From the NCBI RefSeq assembly GCF_006345805.1, contig NC_043008.1, positions 79,174,001-79,238,000 of the forward strand: 64,000 nt of DNA, written 5' to 3'. The translations under genes and the position numbers were made by a program. Positions within the stretch are counted from its first letter, which is position 1, and every line of letters begins with the position of its first letter. Below are positions 25,150 through 38,600 of the stretch, piece after piece. This DNA comes from Octopus sinensis (taxonomy: Eukaryota). The notes under the pieces are model-generated. The model saw only the letters and a list, made by a program, of their open reading frames with translations. It searched no databases and was not told where the DNA came from.

Positions 25150-25990
25150 ACATGCCAAAGTCTCTGGTATTATCTGATCCTTCCTTTCTGGTCATTGTCT
25201 GCATCTGACTCTAGATGATGCTATCAATGCTAGTGTACTTCGAGGCTCTATTTCTGGTCCAACTCCATTTCTCCTCCACATCAACAATGTTTTTCAATTC
25301 ATCAACATTTACACTGATGATACTATACTTTATTCTGGTTTTCCTGGCACCCCCACCCCCCTGAAACGGTTGGAATTTGCGACTGTCTTAAGTGGTTCTG
25401 CAGGCTGTTAAGAAATGGGGCAAAAGATCGCTGGTAACTTTCAACCTTGGCAAGACCAAACAGGATCTCTATCTTCCTCCCATTTACAGGAGTTACAGGT
25501 TTGAAGTACCACATGGTGAGACAGTTAAAACACTTGAGGAAAGGTCTTCTATAAATTGCTTAGTCTTATTTTCTCACCTTATCTTTCTTAGGATTCCTAC
25601 ATACAGTCAATTGGTAGATCTTTGATCTCCTTGACTGGGTTCAGAAGTGAGTCTCTAATTTGATTGGTCCCTCTCTTGCTTCAACTCTGCAATCCTTGTC
25701 ACTTTGATGTGATGTCACCAGCCTTAATCTTTTCTGTTGTTATTGCCACAGCAGATGCTCTCATGTACTTTCTCTTTTAGTTCCAAATCACTCAAAACAC
25801 ACAGCATCTTCATTCGAATGCTGTTATGCTTCCACAAATAAGGAAGTCTTTCTAAACTTCTAATTTTTTTTCCTCAAACTGCCAGACTTTGAAACTCTTA
25901 TCCATTTCATTGTTAGCCTGGACTCTTCCTTGTAACCCTGAACTCATTCAAGTCTAAAGTAAATTCATTCTTTTTGTCTTAATTTCTTCT
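25150..25990 (+). mobile_element. Highly degenerate LINE RT C-terminal fragment
   Basis: GSISGPTPFLLHINN...YTDDTILY and a decayed FYRYYHGRCS-like motif near 25735. Confidence 0.55.
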
Positions 25991-27286
25991 TCATAGTGCC
26001 TTACACTAAATGGCTTCTTGCCTTGTTTGGGACACTCTTATAAAAAAAGAAGATAAATAGCCTTGTATATGTCAGTATCTGCACACTAGGGAATGCTGCC
26101 ACTTTCTCATCTCACATGCTTTACCTTTTCATTTAAATTACTGTATCATATCAAGTGAATCTTATTCAACCAATTTTTCTTGAACTTCTATAGATCTTCC
26201 TCTTTCAATGTCCTTCTCCTTCCAGTGTCCATGTCATACAGATATGCAACTTTGATGCCCTCTACACAAAGACAATATCTGTTATCGACAGAAGTCCCAA
26301 CTTTTTAAACTTTTCTATAGAGTTGTAAAGTTCCAGAAGTTGGTACCTTTCTTATTCTTATATTACTATAATCATCTCTACAGCTGATATAATTGTGCCT
26401 ACTTTCTAGTAGAGAGTACCTACAACTTCTAGCAATCTAAGCAGTTCATGGGTTAATCGCATGATGACCATGTTACTATCTACTCTTTTACTTTTCCTAG
26501 AGCTTAAGCCTTAATTCCATGTTAGTCCTAGAGATATGCTGTATCTCTTGTATATCCAAAACTCTCATTGAATGCACTATAGTTTGTGCCTAATCCATTA
26601 CTACATATTGTGCAAGCAACTTCCTAGATGTACATTCTCTTCTACAATCAGTTCTTTACTCTTTTTCTTGTTGACTTACAGGTATTTTAACTCTATACTA
26701 ATTTATCTGTAACTCTTTGGCAGGGTCAATAATAAGAACCAAATCATTTGCATATAAAAGTTCCCAAAGATTTCCATTCCTGAACTCTCGTGTTATTGAT
26801 CGAAGGACAATATTGAAGAAAAGGGGTTGAAGACAGAATCCTGGAGTACACTTTCTTGTGTACTAATTTTCTTACTGAATTCTCTATCAATTTAATTATT
26901 CTTGTAAGCCATTCATTTACACTATCAGTTACCAAACTATGGGTTATGATTTAAGTGTGAAAGGATTGCTAAGACAAAATCTTTTACTATTAAAATGTTT
27001 AATAAAATGCAAAATGTTCTTGAAGACATGATAAAATAAGCCATAAGCATATAGGGCAACAACACAGCTTTTACTACTAACAAAATCTGAGGAATATTCT
27101 CCAGAAGAATGTCATCATCATCATTAATGTGGTGTAATGTTTCTTTATGTATAAAGTGAGTAGTTATTAGCTTTCTGAATCCAAGTTTTATTGAAGTTGA
27201 CTTTGTAATTTTAGCCATCAAGAATCAATAAATTATGTTCGCATATTCATTTTTATGTTATTTTTCCATGCTAGCATGGGCTAGAT

Positions 27287-30200
27287 CAGGGATGACAAAT
27301 TCAATCACATAGGATCTAAAACTCACATCACACTTAAGATGTCATTCCAAACTGGATACACATTCACTATGTAGTGGAAAACTAAACTTCTTTAAACAAT
27401 GATATGAATTATAACAAGCAAAAGTTAAAATAATAGCAAATCAAAGCATACCAATTTTCACTCTTATGCCAACTTGTCAGAGCTGGATGTTTAGCATCTT
27501 TTCTTGGAATAAGGTTGTGTGTTATGGAGATTCTGAGGATGGACCGCAGGTGTTCATCAGTGAGATGACTCCTGTGTGATGTTTCATCACAGAAAACAGC
27601 TGCTCACACAGATATGTGCTACCAAATGTGCTCAAAATTCGAGCCACATGTAGATGAAACTGGAGCATCTCTTTAGGAATAAAACGAGTGAACTTTGTTG
27701 GCTCCCCAGTGTCGTACTTTGCCTTTAGTGCTCTCATTACACTGCAGCCCTATGAGCTTCATCTGCAAATGTACAGGTGCAGTTTTCATATGGGTTGTAA
27801 AATAGCTCAATATTACTTTTCTGTACTTCAAAGTCACTAAAACACCATGCAAACTCAGCATGAAGTGAGCTCAGTTTTTCAGTAAAGTGTGAATTTGGGA
27901 ACTCTATGGCACTGACTTGGTTCAACAGGTTGCATGGATGCATTTGTGTCTCCTATATGAGCAGCTTCACTTGAAATGCTATCACTGCATCATGCGTATC
28001 AGTGATCAAGTGGCCCCCATCCCTGGAACTGCAGGTTCAAGACACTGAGATGAGTAGTTATGTCAGACAGAAATGCCAGCTCACATTTCACTTTACATTC
28101 TGCAAAACTGTGGAGTCTTTTCCTTTGCTGTTCATGAACTGACAGATTTCCTCAATCACCAGGAAAACTCTACTGAGAACTTTTTCCCTGACTTAGCCAC
28201 TGCACCTCTGTATGATAAGGCATGTCACCGGACTCTGAATCTATTTCCTGCAAAAAAGACCAAAATTGGTGGTGATTTAAACCTTTGGTTCTGATAAAGT
28301 TGACAGTTTGTGTTATAGCACTCATTACATGTTCCATGTTGAGAACTTTACAACACAGCGATTCTTGGTGTATGATGTAGTGATATGCTATCAACTCACC
28401 AGTACAGTCCTCCTGCATCTTTAACCACATCCTTCCTACTAGTCCACTTTTTTTACCACACTTTGCCAGTGCTCCATGTGTTGTAAGTCCCACAAGTTTG
28501 ACCCAAGGGAGGTTCATGTCAGTTACACTTTGTTGTCAAAAATGTCTTTTCTTGTCCTTGTCCCATGCATGGATTTCATGCTCAATATTTCTTCGGTAAC
28601 ATTCAAACTGGAGTCCACTCCATGGATGAAGATGGTGAGCTGTGCTGTGTCAGTTGCATCAACAGCAAGGGAGTATGCAACAAAGTCTTTGCTTTTTTCA
28701 ATCAGCTGTGTTTTCACATTAGTGGCCATCTCACAAACTCAATCAGTTATTGTATTTCTGCTCAGGCTTATATTTGCAAACATCTGCTTTTTTTCTGGAC
28801 ACAAGACGTCACACACTTTCATCATGTAATTCTTCAGAAACTCTCCCTCAGTAAATGGTCGGACTGATTGGCAATCTCCTCTGCCACAATAAAACTTGCT
28901 TTCACAGTAGCTTCACTTTGTGATTTTGCATTGGTGAAAAACGTCTGCTGTGATGTTAGATTCCTCTTCAATTTTTTTACCTTCTGTAGCTTCTGTAGGA
29001 GTATGTTATGTTGGCACTTGTTGGGTGCCTCACATCTCCTTACATAGTCGTAGAAAGGAAAAATAGCTGGAACACGAATCTCCAAACAAATAACAATAAT
29101 AATTTATTTTCGCCGAAATAAGCATTTCATCTCTGGACTTTGGTAGTCTGGACACCTGGGATTGGAAACAGCAGAGTTGGTTTAAATCACAACTGTTGAA
29201 AGCATTCTTCACAGCTCGCCAAGTCTGGTTCGCCTTCACCCGGAGCTTGTCTGGTCGTGTTGTTTCTCTTGGCAGCAGGAAGCAAAAAAGGAAGAATAGC
29301 AGTAAAAGCTAGCTGCTGCTGATTACTGTGCATGCATATAAGGGACTCCTGGCAGGCCTTCTGGAAGACACTAATCCTTGCATATGCATAGATGAACATC
29401 TCAAAATGGCATCTGGAACCTGGCGTCACTACATGGCTCCCCCTTGAGTGCGGAGCACAAGAATATAAAGATTGTAGTGGTACCAGAAACAAGATGGCTA
29501 CCGATCACCCACAAGATGTGGCACAAAATATGATAACTCAAAACAAAAATGTAATTACAATATAAATGAGCATGCACAAAAAAATTTTTTTTTTTTCAAA
29601 AATGTTCAATTGCAAAACATTGAATTGTCCAGTACATAAGAGAACACCTGTTTATCACAGGAAACACAATAGAGAATGTCAAAGGTAAATAGTCTTTGTA
29701 AGTTTCTTGGGTCAGTAAACAGTTCAGCCAGTCCTGGTGACATAGGGTCTGCTTGAGGTAGGTTGTGACGACAGAGGTGGTGTTAGGTACTGGTCGTGCA
29801 AATATGATGCACACCTAGAATTTGTGACAATTCACGAAATAAAGAAGCTTCAAAATGGATGGTCGAACGGTTCCATAGACAACTCAAGGCCGCTCTACGT
29901 GCCTCTCCAGATCCGCAGTCCTGGACTGAATTTCTGCCTGTCATACTGCTGTCAAGGCAGACCTGAGTTTCTCCTCTGCATTGCCTTTTGTGTGCTTTCT
30001 TGCACACCCAAAGTTTTTAAGATCAATATGAATGGTCGTACGGAGATCGACTTAAAAGAGCATATTTTGAGTTGTCCACATCTTTTGATGACACCACTGC
30101 CACACCCACCTTTGAATCTACATGTGTACCTTTGCCAGCACCATCACCCACACATGCACCTTTGACAATACCAGCACCTACAACACCACCTTCATCATCG

Positions 30201-31210
30201 CAACCTGCCTCGAGCAGACCCTATGCCACCAGGACTGGCTGAACTGTTCACTGGCCCAAGAAACTTACAATCTTTATATTCTCATGCTCCACACCCAAGG
30301 AGGAGCCTTGTAGTGATGCTAGGTTCTAGACGCCTGGGGGGTGGAAACAGCAGAGTTGATTTAAATCACAACTGTTGAAGGCATTCTTCACAGCTCGCCA
30401 AGTCTGGTTTGCCTTCACTCAGAGCTTGTCTGGTTGCATCTATTTCTCTCAGCAGCAAGAAGCAAAAAAGGAAGAATAGCAGTAAAAGCTAGCTGCTGCT
30501 GATTATTGCGCATAAGCATAAGGGACTTCCGGCAGGCCTTCCGGAAGACACTAATCATTGTGCATGCGCAGATGATCATCCCAAAATGGCGTCTGGAACC
30601 TGGCGTCACTACACTTCTGTTCTGCATTCAAGCTTTTCAATTTGTCTTGATGATTAGTGTCGTAGTGCTGTCTTAGATTATATTCCTTGATCACAGCTAC
30701 ATTATCTCTACAAATTAGACACACAGGTTTACTGTCAATATCAGTAAACATATATTGAGCTATTCAGCAGCTTTAAAAGGCTCTGTTTTCAGGATCAACT
30801 TTTCTCTTGGCCATTTTAACAGCTAGCTTTGATTTAAAATTAAGATTGTGCATCTACCAATAGACGCTTGATTGATATGGCATAAGTGGGAAGGAATGAT
30901 GCAATATCTGGGCACTACACTACTTTTGTCTCTTATACACCAATCCAAAATGAGCAACAGAACATTGCTAGGTTACTGTAATGACGAACATCTATGCACT
31001 ACACAACTTTCATTTTAAGTTGTTCTGATCAATGCAGGAATGCTCTCAGGCAGCCTTTTATTCAATAAGGCTACTAAATTGAGGAATTTACAGTTTGCAC
31101 TTCATATTGCCGGGCCATTAAAAAATATTTGCCTAAAATTATCTCACAGGCTGGATATAATTATGTATCAGGCCAGATGTGGCTTGTGGGCCTTGAGTTT
31201 GACACCTTTG
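27287..31210 (-). mobile_element. hAT transposon (SPIN/Buster/GTF2IRD2-like), decayed, with 8-bp TSD
   Basis: Termini CAGGGATGACAAATTCAA and (rc) CAAAGGTGTCAAACTCAA; TSD GGCTAGAT (27279-27286) / GGCTTGAT (31211-31218); transposase remnants PVCLICRD..KEYNLRQHY, YSLAVD, HYIIHQESLC, VQWLSQG, FGSTYLCEQLFS. Confidence 0.88.
28994..30613 (-). mobile_element. Internally deleted and inverted Gypsy LTR retrotransposon nested in the hAT transposase
   Basis: TGTAG...CTACA termini, 4-bp TSD CTTC (28990-28993 / 30614-30617) whose removal restores AEQKLQKV; LTR copies 28994-29433 and 30335-30613; integrase MVERFHRQLKAAL at ~29860 and PYVTRTG-type tail. Confidence 0.82.
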
Positions 31211-31758
31211 GGCTTGATGAATACATTATTCAGACATTGTTTTTATCTCCTGCTAACAAGGAAAATATCACTGACTGTAGCTGACAGTTATAGTAGAAGA
31301 CATTTGCCTAAGATTCTGCCAATAATAAATTGGATTAAGTTGTATAACCTTAGACTGTCTTGTTTGATAATTTTATTTATTAGCCATTCAATTAGTTATA
31401 TAAAGTTTCTAATAAAATTGTAAATCATTGCTTCAGCCATCAGCATCTCCACTTCTACAAACATCTTTCACCCATCCTCACACATATGCCACTCCCAATT
31501 TATTATCATTAACACCATTACCTCAAACATTACCACATCTCGACCATTAACAACATCATCATCATCATCACTTTTGTAATCACTGTCCACGTCATTATAA
31601 TCCTTATTGGCAGATTAATCTTTATTTTAGTTTTCATGTTGGGGTGGGTTGAACTGATCTATATAACAGAATATTGTCATCTTAATCTTGTGTTAAATTT
31701 ATATTTTTTTACGAAAGTTTCATAAATTTTATAAATTAGATTCATTTTTTATTTTCAG

Positions 31759-32932
31759 AATGAGGAAATTTTTTATTCCACACTTTTAATGTATGTGAAA
31801 AGAGTACAACAGTATGAAAAATTTAGTCTACTAAAAAAAGCACGTCAAATAATCCCAATAGCAGAACTGAAGGAAGAGGCCAAAATAAAGTTAGAGTCAA
31901 TTTGTGATGCTGAAAGTTCTTATGCAGTTAGTTTGGAAGATTGTCTACTTATTGTTCTCTTGAATTGGTTCAAAAATAAATTCTTCAAATGGTTTGACAA
32001 GCCATTGTGTACATTCTGCAGTTGTAAAAATGTCATAGCTGTTGGCTCTGATCATCCTAACGATGAAGAAAGCTACTGGAAAGCTGGGAATGTGGAATTA
32101 TATTCATGCCCTTTATGCAATGTTATTATTCGGTTCCCCAGGTATAATAGTCCTGAAAAATTGCTTGAAACCAGACAAGGTAGATGTGGTGAATGGGCAA
32201 ATTGTTTTACATTATGTTGTAGGGCCATGGGATTTGAAGCTCGTCTTGTGGTTAGTTGGAAAGACCATGTGTGGACTGAGGTTTTTTCAGAATGTCAAGA
32301 TCGTTGGCTCCATTGTGATCCATGTGAAAATGTTTGTGATAAACCTCTATTGTATGAGGCAGGATGGAAGGTTGAGATCAGCTACATTATTGGGTTCTCA
32401 AGAGATGATACTCAAGATGTAACTTGGCGATATTCTGCTCAACATGAGAAAGTTAAACAGAAAAGAACAAAAGTAAGTGAAAAATGGCTCCAACAGACTT
32501 TGGCAAAAATACGAACAGAGCAGAGTCTTCATTTATCACAAGAAAGGAAGAAATTAATAACATTTAGATCTACCAAAGAACTTACTGAATTCTCATCTCA
32601 TAGAACACCTAAGTCTGATGAATTACAAGGCAGAACAACTGGATCTTTGGCTTGGCGCCTTCAGCGTGGTGAAACAAAGAAGCACACACCTTATACTTTT
32701 AAACCAGATATAGCAGAACAGCAATCTAAATGCTTGTATGTGAAATATAGCTGTGCCAAAGATATTTATTATCGCCCTTATTCCAGTAAATCAGAAATTC
32801 ATTGTTGGCAATCACTGCTATTCTCTTATAAAGATATTTTTCGCAAAGAAGAACATGATTGGAAAAAGGTTTACTTATCTCGAACTGAAGGTTGTGAATT
32901 TGGTGAAGTTAGTTGGAAATTTGATGTTTCAG
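31759..32932 (+). CDS. NGLY1: NGLY1 large exon: transglutaminase-like catalytic core + start of PAW domain, phase 0/1
   Basis: TTTTCAG acceptor and CAG|GTAAGT donor; zinc CxxC pairs CTFC and CPLC; RFPRYN.PEKLLETRQGRCGEWANCF, DHVWTEV, RWLHCDPCEN, DVTWRY, GRTTGSLAWR, IFRKEEHDWKKVYLSR. Confidence 0.95.
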
Positions 32933-34429
32933 GTAAGTTGACTTTTATTGATATTTTGTTTAATGGATAGTTCTTGAAACATCTATATTAGCTGACATTG
33001 CTTTTGCTTCAAATAGAAATGTTTTTATGACTAATCAATTCAATTATTTGTTATGTTCTTGATGTTAGTCAAAACAACTAGAACTGTAGTTTTGTATCAT
33101 CATTCTACTGTGTATCTATTTTATATTATAATTTGAGTACACTATTCTGTTATAACTTATGATCCTTACAGCTGTAAGGATCATAAAAGAAATTACATCC
33201 ATTCTACTTTGTAAAGACACATCCATCTTTCCTGTCATTTTATAAACACACTTTAGATCAGGAATATTTGGATTCCTTTATAATTCAAGGACACAAATCA
33301 AGAAATTGTCTTTCTTTGTTGATGAATATCAATGAAAATTTAAAATATCTGAGATTTTGAATGGTTTATTTATTTTGAAGTATATTTTCTTACAAGTGGG
33401 AGGACTATATTGCTGTCATTATTGTTGTTTCTGATAAGCTAACTTTTAATGATAGTTTTACTTGTCCATTGGGTTGTTGTAAATTTATCTGTATTAGCTG
33501 GGAAACTTCTCAAGTCTATATTGCTTATTATTCTCAAGTCTATATTGCTTCATATTGCTATTTCGGTTTTAATCAAATTTGATTAGATTTTTAAAAGTTT
33601 AGTTTGGCTTGTAAATGATGTTTGTAAATATAAAACAAATACTACCACTATTGCTTTTCAAAATAATCTAGTATGATTTGTGTGATCAATGTATTCATTT
33701 TCTAAATGTGTGTACTTAGCAACAACTTATTTGTCACTTATCACATAGCAATCGCAAAAAGCCTAATACATTTATCATAGATTGTATTTAGACCTACCTC
33801 TTACAATCATGCACCTATATCCATTTAGCATTCTTTCCTGACATCTTATAATTTTTTCTCACATATTTACTATTAACATGCCATTCTTTATTCCAAGTAC
33901 TACTCCCTTTCAAGTATTGCTATAACACATTATAGCATTTAAGCTTTCAAACTTTGTATTTATTGCAGTAATACTAACCAATCAACTCCCCACCTCCTCC
34001 TCCTCACCTAATCATGTTCCATGTTGGCAAAGGTTTGACAATTTAACCAGGACTGAGAAGCCAGTGGACTGTGATAAGCACCAATCTTTTGGCAATGTTT
34101 CTACTGCTGAATGCTTTGCCTAACACCAACTTATTTTATAGAGTGTACTGAGTGCTTTGTCCATGACACTAGTATTAGTGAGGTCACCAAGTACTTACAA
34201 AATAAGATCCCTCAACTGTGCGGAGGGGGGTCTTTTAAAGAGAAGAAAGTATAATAGAAGGGCAAGAACAGGTGTCTTACTGAAGAGGAGACATGTGGTT
34301 TCCCCTACTAGAAAGTGAGACAGACAGACAGGGACAGAGCACCTTTGAGGTACATGATGAACATAAGAGAGCAAGTAGGAGTAGAGGAACGTCACCATAG
34401 AATACAGTAAAACCATTCCTGGATATAGT

Positions 34430-34760
34430 AATCATCAAAAGAGATAAAAACATTGAAACAGACATTCACTACAGACAAACAGATTCTAGACAATACTTAC
34501 TTTCTCCTCATGTCATCCCAAACACTCAAAAAATAATATTCTCTTTAAACTCACAGTAAAAGACTCCGGGAACTAAAACAAACACTACTTAAAAGACAAT
34601 ATCCATTAAAGTTAATAGAGAATGGAATAGAACATGCCAAAGCAATAAATATCCAAGAACTATGAAAAACACTCCAGATAATCCAATAATCTACCCTTTA
34701 TTACAACACACAACTCAAGAAATGCAGTGTTGTGACACACATGCACACTGACAGTACACA
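34430..34760 (+). mobile_element. Penelope-like RT/thumb fragment
   Basis: IETDIHYRQTDSRQYL..SCHPKHSKNNI, homologous to the 48.5-kb element. Confidence 0.6.
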
Positions 34761-35450
34761 TCCAGCCTTCGCACATCTTCTGCATTCAAGGCCCTAATGA
34801 AAATATGTATTTGGCTGTAATGATTGTGATTGCAATTAAATTCTAGATGAAAGAAAAAAAACAGTTATTTAATATTAACAAAACATCTTCTACTACTACT
34901 ACTACCACCACTAAACACTAGTCATTTGGAAAGAGGGCGATGTAAAACAATTTGAGATTACATGTCAACAAAAATGATTTCACAACTTAGTTTATATTGT
35001 TTTCCCCCCATATACTTTCAAGAATAAAATAACCCGTAAGGCATTGTTGTTGTATTTCGTAATAAAACAGGGTTTATTGTTGGATGCTAAATAAGGACTA
35101 CCAAGAATTAACCAGCTGTCAAACTCCTGTGAAATTCAAGATAAACTGCATGAACTAAGGATAGTTATGTCTCCTTAGTTGCAATAATAAACAAAGAATC
35201 CCTTTGAAACATAAACATAAATACTAGTATATATTGTAATAAATTTCCATTCTAACTCCTACAAGCAGTCATTGCAAAAAATAAATAGCTTTCCTGTTAC
35301 TCTTCCAGGGTTTGATCAATTATTTTAATTTCTTAAAATGTGGTTGTTCCAATTTCATAGTTTAACTAGTCCTGCTTAGAAATTAAAATGAATCCATGTG
35401 TTAACATACCTGTTCCTTTACCCAAAATTTCACATCTACTTCTGTTTTAG

Positions 35451-35564
35451 AATGTGGACTAACCATTGCCAAGCTTGAAGTGTGGGTATCAAGTGAGACA
35501 TTTGAGAATGGTGAAGTTTTATGGCAGTTAAAAAATGATAAGAATAAAATCTGGACTATTGAAG
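35451..35564 (+). CDS. NGLY1: NGLY1 PAW-domain exon, phase 1/1
   Basis: TTCTGTTTTAG acceptor and GAAG|GTATGT donor; 114 bp; (E)CGLTIAKLEVWVSSETFENGEVLWQLK matches vertebrate [25 protein letters not shown]. Confidence 0.85.
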
Positions 35565-35759
35565 GTATGTCATTTGTAAACTATTGAGAAAAACATTAAA
35601 CATAGATGATGATTTCTAACTAAGGCCTCAAACTTTATGGAGAGAGTATAATCAATGAAGGTCAATTCTTTTTCTGACTGGTACTTTACTTTATTGACCC
35701 TTGAAGAATGAAAGTTGATCATGATCAGATTTGAACTCAAGTCTGTAGCTTTTATGACT

Positions 35760-36200
35760 TGGTCCAACAATTTGATGCCTTTGTAATTCCTTCTAAGGTA
35801 TCGCTTTTACCTTTGTAACAGTTTGCTATAATGCCACTGTGCCAGTCATTGGGTATGACTCCTTCCTGAACAACCTGATTAACTATACAGGTAAGTAGGC
35901 CATATCCCATCTGCCAAATATTTTAAGCATCTCAGCAGTAATTTTTGATGGTCCAGTGGCTTTCTTTGCCTTCATATCTTTAATGCATTCTCCCATGCAT
36001 TATCCATATTTAGCAGCCTTTCATAGTAGCACTTCCATGCTTCTTTCTTAGCAGAATCACCAAGTATAACTGTACCATCAACAATCCAAACATGCTTCTC
36101 TCCCATACCATTACAATGTTCTCAGACACACTGTCTTGCAGTCCAGAACCTCTTAGGTCTCTGGTCCTCACACCACAGGACACTGGCAAACTTTTTTCTT
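35760..36200 (-). mobile_element. RTE LINE fragment
   Basis: Homologous to 15100-15620 of the RTE. Confidence 0.65.
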
Positions 36201-36208
36201 TGCATATA

Positions 36209-38600
36209 CAGTGTACCCTCGCTTATTCATGGTTCAGGTTATTCACAGAACTAATAATTGTTCACAGAAACCATCTTATATACGCAGAATTGTAAATATC
36301 ATCCACGACTTTTTATGGCTTTTTTCATGCCAATACACACTTTCATATGTTAATTGTCCCTGCATACAATACACACTTTTTAAGGCTAAATTATTAATAA
36401 CAATATACCGTATTTGCTGGCTTACTGGATGCTCCTTCTCAGTCAAAGCTCCCTTTGATTAGAATAGCCGTGCATCTCGTCACTTGATTGTATTTCTTAT
36501 TCCTGCTTTCAAATTAGTATAGTGACATCTATCTATATTTCACACATACTCACTCTCTCTTTCTCGCTGTATTTGTTTCTCAATAACAACAACCTCTCAT
36601 TGTAATGAAAGTATATATATATATATAGTGTATTGCACCAGTATTACTTGGGCTAGCAATGACAGATGAAAGATATTTACAACACGAGAGTGAACATTAA
36701 TTTTATACCAGTGCTTTTTTAAAAATCATCGCTTCATTTGATCATACATATTGTTTATTTCAACAGGATAATTTTAAGGTTATGAGCCAATATAGCCTCA
36801 TTGAAATTAGGTTACTTGCTGATCCTTCTCTCTCTCTCTCTTATTATTATAGTATAGATTACTGTATCTAGTGGTAATACAAACTAAATTTTTCAAAACC
36901 ATGATTATTTGTAGTCTCTGCTCAATCTCCTGTTGATGATATGTGCATATTAGACAAAAGGAAGATTTTGTAGGCTATTTTTTGGAAAAACTGCGTCTAG
37001 TAGCTGTTTCAAGTATTTTGTTGAGTGCTGTGCTTTTTGCTAAAACGCCCTACACCTTCTAAAGCTTCTGGCAGTGAACCTAAGCACCAGAAAAGGTTAT
37101 GACGCTCTATGAGAAGGAACAACTACTGAATATGTTCCAGGAAGGTAAAAGTTATGCTGCAGTAGTTGCTATTATATTGTCAATGAAAGCACCACACACT
37201 ACATAAAGAAGAATAAGGTGGCAATCAGGTCTACCATAGTAGTAAGTTTCTGTGAAAGTGCCAAAAAGATAACAATAGTGAGAAATAAGCACTTCGTCAG
37301 GATGGAATCTGCCTTGGCATTGTGGATCAGTGACTGAAAGAAGAAAAACATCTCCTTGAGCAGTAACATCACTCGTGAGAAAGTGCTGAAATTATACCAG
37401 TAGTTCGACAGAGGATACAGCATAGAAGGCACCGAAGAACCGCAACTAAGACCATTGACAGCACTGGAGCTTGAATATTCTCAAGCCAGCAAGGGATGGT
37501 TTGACCATTTCCAGAAACAGTTTAAAATAAAGTGTGTTTCCCTGCATGGAGGAACAGCATCAGCCAACAAAGAAGTCGCTGAGAAGTACCTTGAGACTTT
37601 CAGGTAGATCATCGAGGACAAGGGATACAAGCTGGAACAGGTTTTCCTTATGGATGAGACTGGCTTGTTCTGGAAGAAGATGCCTTACAGAACATACATC
37701 ATGAAGGATGAAGCCATAGCCCCAGGATTTAAGGCACAGAAGAACAAAGAGTTGCTAATTATGTGTCGCTATGCTGTTGGCTTCATGATGAAACCAGGAT
37801 TTATCTACAAGTCCACAAATTCGAAGGTCTTCAAAAATAAGAATAAAAACCTGCTGCTTGTCCACTGGATGCACAACCCCAAGGTCTGGATTACCAAAAG
37901 TCTAACTTTGAATTGGTTCTGCCAATACTTCATCCCTCAAGCCAAGCAAAATATATGCATGGAATTCAAGGTGTTGCTTGTTATCAATAATGCTTTGGAT
38001 TTGAATCATGAAGGAATCCGAGTTGAGTTCCTCCTTGCCAACACCACCTCCTTCATCCAGCCTATGAATCAAGGTGTGAATCCATGCCTTCAAGGTACTT
38101 TACACTCGGAACTCTCCAACACTTTGTGCATGCAATTTTAAGTTAAAGGAGTACTGGCATAACTTTACAATTGCAACATGCCTGTCAGTCATCCATGCTG
38201 CTCTTAAAGACATGTAGAAAGAAACCCTTGTCACATGCTAGAAGAAGATGTGGCTAGAGTGTAGATATTCAGCACGAGGCTGTCAACAATGCGGTGAAAC
38301 TGGCAAAGGTACTTGGTGGCAAAGGTTTTGACATCAAATTTGTTGGAATTAACAATAAAGCCTGCCAGTGAAGAAGGAGAATGAGGTAGGCCTGGCAATC
38401 GAACGTCAAAGGAATTGCAAGGGAAGACAGAAGCATGGGATGCCTATATGGTTCAGTCTCTCCAACTTAAAAATGCTATCGATGATGCCATGCAGACATA
38501 TAAAACTCTCCTCACCATGAAGAAACAGCGACAGCAACTTCTCATCACAACTTTGGAGATATGTTGTGCTTGAGAGGACCCAACAAGCCAAGTGACATGC
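36209..38600 (+). mobile_element. Tigger/pogo DNA transposon, decayed (CENP-B HTH + DDE)
   Basis: TA|CAGTGTACCCTCG left terminus; KRPTPSKASGSEPK..VMTL, ASKGWF..F, MDETGLFWKKMP, IQPMNQG; right TIR not found. Confidence 0.78.

Noticed and set aside
30309-30613. MITE or Ginger-type element with 26-bp TIRs
   Set aside because: The apparent left TIR is better explained as an inverted LTR start attached to PPT and integrase tail.
32933-32970. ORF-track C-terminus GKLTFIDILFNG as the NGLY1 end
   Set aside because: Read-through into the intron past a strong CAG|GTAAGT donor; homology resumes at 35451.
35309-35345. Alternative acceptor CTCTTCCAG|GG as an NGLY1 exon
   Set aside because: No PAW-domain similarity and early stops; the 35451 exon fits phase and homology.
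37650-38141. Domesticated TIGD1-like gene
   Set aside because: Multiple stops and frameshifts across the transposase; a decayed Tigger copy.
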